DNA of 62,113 bases, the filler included. It is 7 parts of 7 records of this genome, joined end to end, with 100 filler letters (N's around TTAATTAATTAA, not from the genome) between each part and the next. Parts side by side here need not be neighbours in the genome. Positions count along the whole stretch, not along the records: positions 25,418 to 33,987 come from SRR2962707_2407; positions 34,088 to 49,104 come from SRR2962707_2415; 5 more parts are not named here. One strand, written 5' to 3'. Both the position numbers and the translations under genes were made by a program. A model generated the notes under the pieces. That model had not been told where the DNA came from and made no database searches. It was given only the letters and a program-made list of their open reading frames with translations. Below, one piece after another: positions 26,503-34,528 of this stretch (within the stretch, counting starts at the first letter, position 1; each line of letters opens with the position of its first letter).

Positions 26503-27544
26503 GCCGTTCGCAAGCGTGATGAAAATAGGTAGGGTCAATCTCAGACCCATACGCCACCCTCTTCAATCTTCGTGCTGCTACACTAGCAGAGAACAGCCCC
26601 CCAAACGGCTCCCAGATAACGTCCCCTTCATCAGTCGATGCCTCAATGATTTGTGTCATTAGGTCTAAAGGTTTCTGATTGAGGTGAACTGCTTTTCCGT
26701 TCGACCCATTTGCCTTAAACCGCTCTTTTCCTCGTAAAGCATTCCGTTCCCACACGTTTGTGACACCATGCGGGCAGTTAAATTTAGAGCGATAACCAAG
26801 CCACTCCTCTCCCGTTAGCGGTTTAACTCCATCCGCTGAAAAGTATGGGCGGCCAGCAGGCAAACCATGCTCGTTTGCAAATATTTGCATCCGCTCGAAC
26901 ATTTCAGAGGGCGGGTAATACCACAGATGGCCTTGGTCGAGATACTTCCGTACGGCGGCATCTTTAACGCCACAAGCTTCATTGGCTCGCCTCATTGGCA
27001 ACCCTGAGCGCTTCCATTCACGGTGAAGCCACTGTTTCAAAAGCAGTCCATCAATACGGGCTTCAAATACATACTGAACGCATACCTCCGAGACGACAGG
27101 AAAACGGCGGATTTTCTGGGTGTTTACATTACCTGCTATATGTCCCCGTCCCTTGTTCCATACATTCGCATTCACATAACGCCAGCCATGTTTCTCAAGG
27201 ATTGGATGAGCAGCGGCCCAGCCAATTTCGGAGTTCCAAAACCATAATGTAGTTTGCGGGGTAGCTGCTTTTGACCATGCCGCAACATGGCTTTCATACC
27301 ACTCTGGAATGTCGAGGTGGTCCGATGTGTCACCCTCGAAACCAAGGACACCATACGCGCCATCTGAAACAATAGCCGTTGGTGTGGGCCAGCTTTCATA
27401 CGCTTCCAAGCTATCGCCAACACTCGCAAAGATATGGCCGTCCGACCACGTCGACGGTGTCTTGCCCTCATGTATGGCTACAGACCTTCCGCGTCCCACT
27501 GTACTCGTGCGGGGCGGCTTTTTTGATTGTTTTTCAACTAACAT
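26468..27544 (-). CDS. Site-specific amino (N4-C/N6-A) DNA methyltransferase, beta-class motif order
   Basis: Catalytic-position motif IVSDGAYG near the N-terminus. C-terminal HLNQKPLDLMTQIIEASTDEGDVIWEPFGGLFS...GSEIDPTY. ATG at 27544 preceded by GAGG. The 3' end overlaps the endonuclease gene by 35 bp. Confidence 0.85.
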   Translation of the reverse strand: MLVEKQSKKPPRTSTVGRGRSVAIHEGKTPSTWSDGHIFASVGDSLEAYESWPTPTAIVSDGAYGVLGFEGDTSDHLDIPEWYESHVAAWSKAATPQTTLWFWNSEIGWAAAHPILEKHGWRYVNANVWNKGRGHIAGNVNTQKIRRFPVVSEVCVQYVFEARIDGLLLKQWLHREWKRSGLPMRRANEACGVKDAAVRKYLDQGHLWYYPPSEMFERMQIFANEHGLPAGRPYFSADGVKPLTGEEWLGYRSKFNCPHGVTNVWERNALRGKERFKANGSNGKAVHLNQKPLDLMTQIIEASTDEGDVIWEPFGGLFSASVAARRLKRVAYGSEIDPTYFHHACERLTEESCQYPLL

Positions 27545-27570
27545 TTTCGTCCTCAGATTTCCCAACACAA

Positions 27571-27587
27571 TAACCCAAAACGGGTTT
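27571..27587. promoter_or_regulatory. Putative C-box upstream of the methyltransferase gene
   Basis: TAACCC-AAAAC-GGGTTT matches the two boxes upstream of the C gene. Confidence 0.6.
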
Positions 27588-27604
27588 TAAGCAACACGAA
27601 ATCT

Positions 27605-28042
27605 TCACCCAACAAGACGCGCCCAAAGACCCCGTTTAGGCGCGTCCGCGACCTTCTCTCGTTGGTCTGTAATTTGTGCGGTTAACGCCCTGCGCTCGGC
27701 GCTCTCCGCATCGAGCCGCTTTCGTAGGTCATCGACAGTTTCTGTAAGCTGCGTGCGCTCACGCTCACGCTCTGCCGCCATTGCCTCAATCTGCTTGCGT
27801 AATGCATCAACTTCGCCTTGCAATGCATTGGTTTCATGGGGGGTTTCAAGTCCTAACTTATTGGTCTTTGAAACCCCTTCACTCGTTACGGCAGGCCAGA
27901 CGCGATATAGCTCTGACGCTTCAATCTCATACCCTCCACCATCTCGCTTAGAAGCAGTCAACTTCCCGCTTTTTATGGCTCTTGTGATGGTAGGTACGCT
28001 CTTCCCTACCGATTTTGCTGCTTGTGATGCTGACAGTTTCAT
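27605..28042 (-). CDS. Winged-HTH + coiled-coil plasmid DNA-binding protein (candidate partition/stability factor)
   Basis: N-terminal excisionase/MerR-like HTH (SASQAAKSVGKSVPTITRAIKSGKL), central coiled coil, C-terminal amphipathic KRGLWARLVG. Confidence 0.7.
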   Translation of the reverse strand: MKLSASQAAKSVGKSVPTITRAIKSGKLTASKRDGGGYEIEASELYRVWPAVTSEGVSKTNKLGLETPHETNALQGEVDALRKQIEAMAAERERERTQLTETVDDLRKRLDAESAERRALTAQITDQREKVADAPKRGLWARLVG

Positions 28043-28170
28043 GGGGTAATACCTGCCCTTTCATGCTCTAACATTGTTTTTATTTGCTGGGGTTACGTTA
28101 CCCTAAACACTGTTACTTTCCAAACATACAAAAAAAGCTATCCACAGAAACCATGACGCTGCCCTGCCGC

Positions 28171-29457
28171 CTAGTCCGGCGTGAACGAACGGCCGCGCCC
28201 GCCGCGTGGCCGGCTGCGTGAACGCCGCGCTGCATTGGCTTTGCGCTCGGCCTTTTGTTCGGGGGTCTTATTCTCGTTCACCCGTTCCGCAAATGACCGC
28301 CGCGCTGCATTGGTTTTTTTCTCTTTGGTAGGTTCGGCCTGTCTATCGTCGGTGGTCTGGGTCTTTTCCCAGATCCGCGACGATTGCGCCTTGGCCTCTT
28401 TGAACCGCTCATTGTCCTGCGCCTTCCATTTGTCGAACAACTGGTCACGGTCGGCCTTCCACACCTTTGTGACCTCGCGCATGGCTTGGGTCACATGGTT
28501 GCGGTGATGATTGGAAAGCTGCTTTTTCTCGTTGTCGTGTGTTCTCAGCAGGGCGGCGCGGTGCTGTCCTGTTGTTCCTGCCAGAACCATCAGCAGGCCG
28601 TGTAGCTTGCCAGTAGGCTGCGCCAGAACATAGTTCACGCGACCAATCCAACTGGCATCAAAATCCTTTAGCTCTTGGCGTTGCCGTTTGAACATATCCC
28701 GCCACGCAGGGCGGAACATGGTCTTGGCCTCCCGCTTACGGGCATCCACGCGCTTTTCCTTTTGCCGCCATAGGGCTTCAGACTGTTTCTTGCGGTCACC
28801 CTTCAGGGCATCTTTCTGGGCGCGGTAGCCATCCCATAGCCTGTCCGATTGTGCCTTCTTCAGCTCGTACCAGTCGGCTCGGCTGTCGGGCTTGTGCTTC
28901 GTCCAGTTGCCCTGTTCACGCTTGGCCTTGTTCTCGGCTCTCTCTGGGCAGAAATGCTCCTCGCCGCGCTCCTTGCGATAACGCAACGCCCAATCCGACA
29001 AAATCAGACGGTCATTGCTCATGGTGTGGGCGCGGCCAGTCTCCTGACAGACGCGGTTCACAATCACATGGATGTGCGGATGCTCGGTGTCGTTGTGAGC
29101 GATGAACACGGCCTGACGGTCGGCCATGCCAAGGGCGGCAAGGGTCTCCTTGGCCGCGGCCATCATATCGGCGCGTGTGGGGCTTTCTGACGGGTGCCAC
29201 GATAGCGAGTAGGAATAGACGGGGTCTTTCATCTTGCGGCCTGCTTTGAGGCCTGCCGCCGCCTTCAACTCGTTCGCATGTTCGGCGGTGTGTATCATGT
29301 GAGCAAATGCCCGTTCGGGTCGCTCCGCGCTCCCCTTGGGCATGTTCGCAACATCGACAAAGGCCACGCGGTCGGACGTGTTCGCACCCTTGTCGTGGAG
29401 GTAGTACATCGCCGCGCCTTTGAAGCTACGGCCTTTCTGGGCGACTCTCGGTATCAA
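28171..29457 (-). CDS. Relaxase (MOBP/VirD2-like HUH)
   Basis: Motif I (GRSFKGAAMYYLHDK), motif II (YSYSLSWHPSE), motif III (AHNDTEHPHIHVIVNRV). Probable TTG start at 29457 overlapping mobC. Confidence 0.9.
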   Translation of the reverse strand: MIPRVAQKGRSFKGAAMYYLHDKGANTSDRVAFVDVANMPKGSAERPERAFAHMIHTAEHANELKAAAGLKAGRKMKDPVYSYSLSWHPSESPTRADMMAAAKETLAALGMADRQAVFIAHNDTEHPHIHVIVNRVCQETGRAHTMSNDRLILSDWALRYRKERGEEHFCPERAENKAKREQGNWTKHKPDSRADWYELKKAQSDRLWDGYRAQKDALKGDRKKQSEALWRQKEKRVDARKREAKTMFRPAWRDMFKRQRQELKDFDASWIGRVNYVLAQPTGKLHGLLMVLAGTTGQHRAALLRTHDNEKKQLSNHHRNHVTQAMREVTKVWKADRDQLFDKWKAQDNERFKEAKAQSSRIWEKTQTTDDRQAEPTKEKKTNAARRSFAERVNENKTPEQKAERKANAARRSRSRPRGGRGRSFTPD

Positions 29458-29785
29458 GGCCAAGCCATTTGTCAAAGAGGGTGTCTAGTTTTGCGGCAAG
29501 GGCATCCACACGGTCGGGCGATGTGACGCCGCCCGCGTTCATCGCATGGGCAATCTGGTTGAGATTGACCCCGATGCGGCGCAGCTCGTGGATGGTCATA
29601 AATTCGGGCACGGTCGATTTCTTGACCGTCACACGCTTGCCCAATGCCGCCGCCCTGACAAAATCCGTGACGGTCGTTCCTGCCTTGTCGGCCTGCTCTT
29701 GCAGCCGGGCAAGTTGGACGGGTGACAGACGGATATTGACCTGTTCCGAACTGCGTTCGTGTGGCGGTTTTGTAGGGCGTGCCAT
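29426..29785 (-). CDS. mobC: Relaxosome accessory protein MobC (RHH)
   Basis: VNIRLS...TVTDFVRAAAL and ELRRIGVNLNQIA motifs. AAGGAG RBS before the ATG at 29785. Confidence 0.9.
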   Translation of the reverse strand: MARPTKPPHERSSEQVNIRLSPVQLARLQEQADKAGTTVTDFVRAAALGKRVTVKKSTVPEFMTIHELRRIGVNLNQIAHAMNAGGVTSPDRVDALAAKLDTLFDKWLGLDTESRPERP

Positions 29786-29814
29786 TGGGCGTGCTCCTTT
29801 CTTCAAGCTGGGTT

Positions 29815-29890
29815 CTAGGGGGTGGCGGCAGACCCCCTAGCGAGGTTTTTGTATAGCAAAAACATATCTCGCTACCCTAAATCCTGAACC
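29815..29890. promoter_or_regulatory. Putative oriT
   Basis: Between divergent mobC and coupling-protein genes. Inverted repeats CTAGGGGGT/ACCCCCTAG (29815-29840) and TAGCGAG-GTTTTTG...CAAAAAC-CTCGCTA (29838-29874). nic-like CATATCTCGC and ATCCTG. Confidence 0.65.
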
Positions 29891-29942
29891 CTCGTTAGTC
29901 TAAGGAAATGTTATACATATCAACAGGGAAGATTCCATAATT

Positions 29943-31349
29943 ATGGCTCCATACATTCGCCCCGATAACCCCTCCGCCTCATGGCTCAACACTGAAGAAC
30001 TGGACTCGGAACGGTTCACGCATGGGGCAGGGAAAATCCTGCTCGGTCAGGTACGGGGCAAGGCAATCGGCGTGGATGACAATCGCCATATCGTGTCCAT
30101 TGCAGGTTCAAGGGCGGGGAAGTCGGCAACCTCTCTCATGTCCAATTTGCTGACGTGGGATGGCTCCGTCATCACCATCGACCCCAAGGGCGAACTGGCG
30201 ACAAACACTGCCGCCCACCGCGCCGCGATGGGGCAGGACGTGTTCATCCTTGACCCGTTCAACGAGGTCAAAGGCGATGCCGCCCAGTATCGAACGGCGT
30301 TCAATCCATTCGATGAGCTGCGGGAATCTGACCCCGTGGATGTGGTGGACGATGCCGCCGCCATTGCTGACACGGTGGTTATCAGTGGCGATGGCAAAAA
30401 CGACCACTGGACGCTTGCAGCTCGTAACCTGATACGCGGCCTCATGCTCTACGCCCTCCATGAGCAGCCAGAGGATGCCACCCTGAACGATGTGCGGGAA
30501 ATCCTGACCTCGCCCCTGTCAAAAGCCGCTAAAGGCTCTCACGGGGCAAATATGAGCCTCGAAGAACACTTTGAAGCGATGCTCGGCGCGGGGGATGCAT
30601 TCGGCGGTGTCGTGGCGGGTGTAGGCGGCACGATGGCGGGTAAACCACAAAACGAGCTTGGGTCTATCATCTCGACCGCGATCGAGCAGACCGCGTTCCT
30701 CGATTCAACCCCTATGAAGGCGCACCTGAACGATAGCGGCCTGCCCACCCTGCGCGTTCTCAAGCGCAAGCCGACAAGCATCTATCTGGTGTTGCCCGCC
30801 TCTCGCATGGGAACGCATTACCGATGGCTGCGGCTTGTCCTGACTCTCGCCATGACGGCATTGGAGCGCGAGGAAAACCAAACGGGTCGGCCTGTTCTGT
30901 TCATCCTCGAAGAGTTTCCGACCCTCGGCCACATGCAACTGATTGAGGCGGCAGCAGGCCTCATGGCGGGCTATGATGTGAAGCTGTGGACGGTCATGCA
31001 AGACCTGTCCCAGATACAGGCGCACTATCCGAAATCATGGGAAACCTTTCTGGGTAATGCGGGGATTGTTGAGGCGTTCGGCAACACGGATTCGACCACG
31101 CTCGAATACTTGTCAAAGCGGCTAGGCAACACTCTGGCCGTCCAAAAGCAGCCCGATAGCCTATCCCTCGATGCCAGGGCGCAAGGTGCGCCCCAAGAGC
31201 GTGAAACCATCGTCACGGTGCCGCTCATGGCGCCGTTTGAAATCGCCCTTGCCTTCAATCGGGATAAACAGAACAAATTGGTGATGTTAGCGGGCGAAAA
31301 ACCTTTCCCCATGCGCCGTATATTCTGGAAGGATTTGCTCAATGGCTGA
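29943..31349 (+). CDS. Type IV secretion coupling protein (TraG/VirD4 family) without N-terminal transmembrane segments
   Basis: Walker A GSRAGKS, SVITIDPKGEL, FNPF, Walker B LFILEEFPTLG, QDLSQI, WETFLGN, EYLSKRLG. Confidence 0.88.
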   Translation: MAPYIRPDNPSASWLNTEELDSERFTHGAGKILLGQVRGKAIGVDDNRHIVSIAGSRAGKSATSLMSNLLTWDGSVITIDPKGELATNTAAHRAAMGQDVFILDPFNEVKGDAAQYRTAFNPFDELRESDPVDVVDDAAAIADTVVISGDGKNDHWTLAARNLIRGLMLYALHEQPEDATLNDVREILTSPLSKAAKGSHGANMSLEEHFEAMLGAGDAFGGVVAGVGGTMAGKPQNELGSIISTAIEQTAFLDSTPMKAHLNDSGLPTLRVLKRKPTSIYLVLPASRMGTHYRWLRLVLTLAMTALEREENQTGRPVLFILEEFPTLGHMQLIEAAAGLMAGYDVKLWTVMQDLSQIQAHYPKSWETFLGNAGIVEAFGNTDSTTLEYLSKRLGNTLAVQKQPDSLSLDARAQGAPQERETIVTVPLMAPFEIALAFNRDKQNKLVMLAGEKPFPMRRIFWKDLLNG

Positions 31350-31911
31350 ACTGAACCTGCAAACAGACTGGATGGCTGACGATGTGGTCAAAGTTTCGTG
31401 GAACGATACCATGAAACGGACAGGCACATCAGGCGGCCAAGCCGCGGGTGCTTTTGGCGTCTTGGGCTTTTTCATCGTTGGGGTGATAGCCGCTTTCAGC
31501 ATGGGGCTAGGGGTCTTTTTCCTCTGTATTGTCGGCGCGTTTGGCTTTGCCATCTGGATGCTAACGTCCTCTCGTGTCGTTCCTAATTCCATCGCTGTTG
31601 ACCCTGACGGCCTGCATCAGGATGGACGGGTCTTTCGACTAGGAGACATTAGCCGCATCGAATATGCGGCTAAGTCAAAGTGGACAGGAAACCCGCCCAA
31701 AGAGGGACAAGGCGACCCTACACAAATTCGTCTTTGGTTGAATGACAGCGCGAACCACGTTCTTTCTGAAAACAACTGGGAAATCCAGATAAACCACCGC
31801 ATCCGCGATGAAATCGACGCCGCAATCCTCGCCATCCGCAAGATGGAGGCTGTGGAACGGCACGAGGCCGAACATGGCAAGCAGGGTGAGTTTGGGATGC
31901 CTGAATATTGA
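31342..31911 (+). CDS. Hypothetical membrane protein (two predicted TM helices), overlapping the end of the coupling-protein gene
   Basis: Hydrophobic hairpin AFGVLGFFIVGVIAAFSMGLGVFFLCIVGAFGFAIWML followed by a soluble domain. 8-bp overlap with the upstream gene. Confidence 0.7.
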   Translation: MAELNLQTDWMADDVVKVSWNDTMKRTGTSGGQAAGAFGVLGFFIVGVIAAFSMGLGVFFLCIVGAFGFAIWMLTSSRVVPNSIAVDPDGLHQDGRVFRLGDISRIEYAAKSKWTGNPPKEGQGDPTQIRLWLNDSANHVLSENNWEIQINHRIRDEIDAAILAIRKMEAVERHEAEHGKQGEFGMPEY

Positions 31912-31941
31912 AGAAAAGAAAGAACACTCGCCGTTAGGCAT

Positions 31942-31968
31942 CCCCCTTTGAATGGGATTCAAAGGGGG
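31942..31968. terminator. Strong hairpin downstream of the coupling-protein operon
   Basis: CCCCCTTTGAAT-GGG-ATTCAAAGGGGG, 12-bp perfect stem with no U-tract. Confidence 0.45.
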
Positions 31969-32448
31969 TGCGGGGTAGCTTGTCGGCCATTGGTCAGCAT
32001 CAAGTAAAATAGTCCTGACCGTGGCTCGGCCTTTGGCCTGCGCCCGCACCATCAGGCCGATTTTCCATGACACCGCCCCCTGTCCTGTTCATCAATTCTA
32101 AGCCTGCAACATTTGAAAAGCATCTAGCGGTTTAAATGTGGGATGATGGTCTGACTGTAGTGCCTTCCCTTCGGAGCCGCTATCGCTGATGCCGTTAAAA
32201 GGCGGCGTAGGTTCTGGGGCAAGGGTGCGCAGCACCGCCGCAGGCGGCTTGCCCTTGCGCCACGGTTCTAGGCTGTCTTAGGCATCAACTCAGCGATGGC
32301 CGCCCGATGGGTTCTTAGGCACGGGTGCATCTTCCCTTTGGTGAGCTTGAGCATCTTCTACCGCGTTCGCCCTTTGGGCGAATATCGCGGTCAAAGTATC
32401 CGCCAAAGGCGGATTCCATGAATGTATAGTTTTGCTATTTTTGAGGAC

Positions 32449-32457
32449 TTATCCACA
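32449..32457 (+). promoter_or_regulatory. DnaA box in the plasmid origin
   Basis: Perfect TTATCCACA, followed by an AT-rich stretch and then the iterons. Confidence 0.8.
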
Positions 32458-32534
32458 GTCGCCTAGTGTTGTTCTAAGTGTTCTATATGGTGTTCCCCCC
32501 TGTAAATATTAACAATAACAGACACTTACTTGCA

Positions 32535-32654
32535 TTCAGGGGTACAAAATCGGCAAATTTGGGTGTTCAGGGGTACAAAATCGGCATTCAGGGGTACAAA
32601 ATCGGCAACCTCGAATTTTCGTGATGCTTCATGTTCAGGGGTACAAAATCGGCA
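32535..32654 (+). repeat. Four 21-bp iterons (oriV)
   Basis: TTCAGGGGTACAAAATCGGCA at 32535, 32566, 32587 and 32634, directly upstream of rep. Confidence 0.92.
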
Positions 32655-32672
32655 CCTGACTTCACCTCTCGT

Positions 32673-32701
32673 GGGTACAAGCGTATTTCGATTGTGTACC
32701 C
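32673..32701. promoter_or_regulatory. Inverted half-iterons, probable Rep autorepression operator
   Basis: GGGTACA...TGTACCC, ending 26 bp before the rep ATG. This arrangement is typical of Rep_3 replicons. Confidence 0.6.
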
Positions 32702-32727
32702 CTATTGAATCTGACACGCTTGATTCT

Positions 32728-33792
32728 ATGAAGAACGAACAAGCGGCGCTTTCTCTTTTCTCCGAACATGAGCTTTCGGGCATCCAGCCCACGGGCAATC
32801 CGTGGCTGTTGGATAAGCTCGACCCCGCGACGGTGCCTGTCCCGCTCCAAGTGGTCATCACAAGCGTTAATGGCCCATACACCGCACGCGACCGAAAACT
32901 ATGGACGTTCCTTTTGCATGTGGCCTTTGACGAGCTGGGTAAAAAAGGCGGCCATGAGGTCGAGATAAAAGACATCAATGCACTATTCCGTCGCCTCGGT
33001 GGTGAACATTCAACTGACTGGATTTGGACAAGCGCAAAGCGGCTTGCTCAAACGACTGTGGAATTTGAGGTGACTTATGATGATGAACGCTTCGATACGG
33101 TCACATCCATTTTCGCAGCATCTGTACCGCGCAAAGGTCGGCGTGGTTCAACGCTGCATTTCTGGTTTCCAGAACCTCTAATCCCAATCATCAAAGAACC
33201 GCTGCGATTTGCTCGCTTGCGTGTCCATTTCCTGATTCAGCTATCAGGTAAATATGCCGTCACGCTGTACGAAATTCTTGAAGGTTTTGCCAATCGACGG
33301 GACGGGGAATGCCGCGTGACGATTGAGGAGCTAAGGCAGTGGCTCAAGGTGCCTGACGGCACCTACCCTGACTGGAAGAACTTTCGCCATCGTGTTTTGC
33401 GACCTGCCATCGAGCAAATCAACGCAGACCCTCTGGGCGCAGGGTTTACCGTCGAATATGAGCCTGTCCGCAAAGGCAGGTTTTACCATGAGGTTGTTTT
33501 TAAGCTGACCAAGACGCGCGACCGTATCGCACAAGAACGCGGCATCCGAGAAGCGAAGAAGCAGGGCGAGCGGCTCAAAGACCTTAAGGCCAAGGGTCGG
33601 CCTGAGCTAACTGAACGTCAGGTAGCCAAGGCAGCAGAAGAAACCCGCTACACGCTCGACATGCAGGAGGTCGAACGGCAGTTTTGGGAACACTGGGAGG
33701 CCAAGGGTCGCCCCACCTTTACCAAGGGTGTCGGCGCGGCTTTCATGGGATTTACCAAAGGCAAATACCGCCAAAGCCTCGGACGCTCATAG
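32728..33792 (+). CDS. Plasmid replication initiator, Rep_3 (RepB-like) family
   Basis: DRKLWTFLL, LSGKYAVTLYEIL, TIEELRQWLKVPDGTY and FRHRVLRPAIEQIN motifs. ATG at 32728 lies after the iterons. Confidence 0.88.
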   Translation: MKNEQAALSLFSEHELSGIQPTGNPWLLDKLDPATVPVPLQVVITSVNGPYTARDRKLWTFLLHVAFDELGKKGGHEVEIKDINALFRRLGGEHSTDWIWTSAKRLAQTTVEFEVTYDDERFDTVTSIFAASVPRKGRRGSTLHFWFPEPLIPIIKEPLRFARLRVHFLIQLSGKYAVTLYEILEGFANRRDGECRVTIEELRQWLKVPDGTYPDWKNFRHRVLRPAIEQINADPLGAGFTVEYEPVRKGRFYHEVVFKLTKTRDRIAQERGIREAKKQGERLKDLKAKGRPELTERQVAKAAEETRYTLDMQEVERQFWEHWEAKGRPTFTKGVGAAFMGFTKGKYRQSLGRS

Positions 33793-33807
33793 CCACAGAA
33801 AAACCCA

Positions 33808-33841
33808 TAACCGAATTTGGGTTATATCCTGAATCGGGTTT
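33808..33841. promoter_or_regulatory. Tandem C-boxes upstream of the C-R operon
   Basis: TAACCG-AATTT-GGGTTA immediately followed by TATCCT-GAATC-GGGTTT, ending 2 bp before the ATG at 33844. Confidence 0.65.
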
Positions 33842-33843
33842 TA

Positions 33844-33987
33844 ATGGATTCTAACATGGAGAATCCCTTGAAGTCCGTATTTTCTGACCAGTACATATTG
33901 ATGTTGAAGGCTTTAGTTGATGCTAGACAAGCCTGTGGTCTTACTCAAACAGAGCTAGCCGAGCAGCTTCGGAAGCCTCAGTCGTTC
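33844..33987 (+). CDS. XRE-family HTH controller (C) protein, 5' part
   Basis: (MDSN)MENPLKSVFSDQYILMLKALVDARQACGLTQTELAEQLRKPQSF, continuing in frame at 25448. Confidence 0.85.
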
Positions 33988-34087
33988 NNNNNNNNNNNNN
34001 NNNNNNNNNNNNNNNNNNNNNNNNNNNNNNNTTAATTAATTAANNNNNNNNNNNNNNNNNNNNNNNNNNNNNNNNNNNNNNNNNNNN
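33988..34087. other. Artificial contig linker
   Basis: N44-TTAATTAATTAA-N44. Confidence 0.98.
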
Positions 34088-34504
34088 GCCAGGTTCCTCA
34101 CCGACAACGAAATCACCGGCAGCCCGGTTACCGACGACAACGGCGACATCATCGGCATAGCCACCCTCAAGGACATTACCGAATTCCGTTGGAATGCCTC
34201 CCGTTCCGGCGATCAGCCCAGGCTGACCGAAGAGGAGCAGGAAGAGGCCCGGCGTCTGCGTATGGTCATCTTTGAAGAGATGGGCAAGGTTCCGGTTGAG
34301 GTCCGGGACATCATGACGCCCATTGTTTTGTCGGTTGACGAAGACACGCCAGTGCGAGACATTGCCAATATCATGATGCGAGAGCACCTGCACCGGATCT
34401 TTGTCACCCGGGATTCAAAAATCACCGGTATCATAACCACTTATGACATGCTGAAACTGATCTCCGACAGAGACCTGACGCAACGCTGCGCCGAGACCGA
34501 CTGA
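34088..34504 (+). CDS. CBS-domain protein, 5'-truncated
   Basis: ITGSPVTDDNGDIIGIATLKDI and VRDIMTP...HRIFVTRDSKITGIITTYD form a CBS pair. Confidence 0.85.
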   Translation, partial: ARFLTDNEITGSPVTDDNGDIIGIATLKDITEFRWNASRSGDQPRLTEEEQEEARRLRMVIFEEMGKVPVEVRDIMTPIVLSVDEDTPVRDIANIMMREHLHRIFVTRDSKITGIITTYDMLKLISDRDLTQRCAETD

Positions 34505-34528
34505 GCCACCAGAGAGGTAGCGCCCCCT

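Larger units (their letters stand above)
25418..33987. mobile_element. Complete circular mobilizable plasmid (~8,540 bp), probably alphaproteobacterial
   Basis: Bases 25418-25447 are identical to 33958-33987 (GCCGAGCAGCTTCGGAAGCCTCAGTCGTTC), and joining them restores an intact HTH gene. Contains rep, iterons, mobC, relaxase, oriT and a coupling protein. Confidence 0.93.

Noticed and set aside
29935-29946. CCATAATTATGG palindrome as a plasmid dif site
   Set aside because: There is no 6-bp spacer between the putative Xer arms, and it overlaps the coupling-protein start codon.
32535-32654. CRISPR array
   Set aside because: The 21-bp repeats have gaps of 10, 0 and 26 bp, lie between a DnaA box and rep, and no cas genes are present. 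They are iterons.
32530-32727. 66-aa N-terminal extension of Rep in the ORF track
   Set aside because: It simply translates the iterons and operator. The ATG at 32728 is the plausible start.
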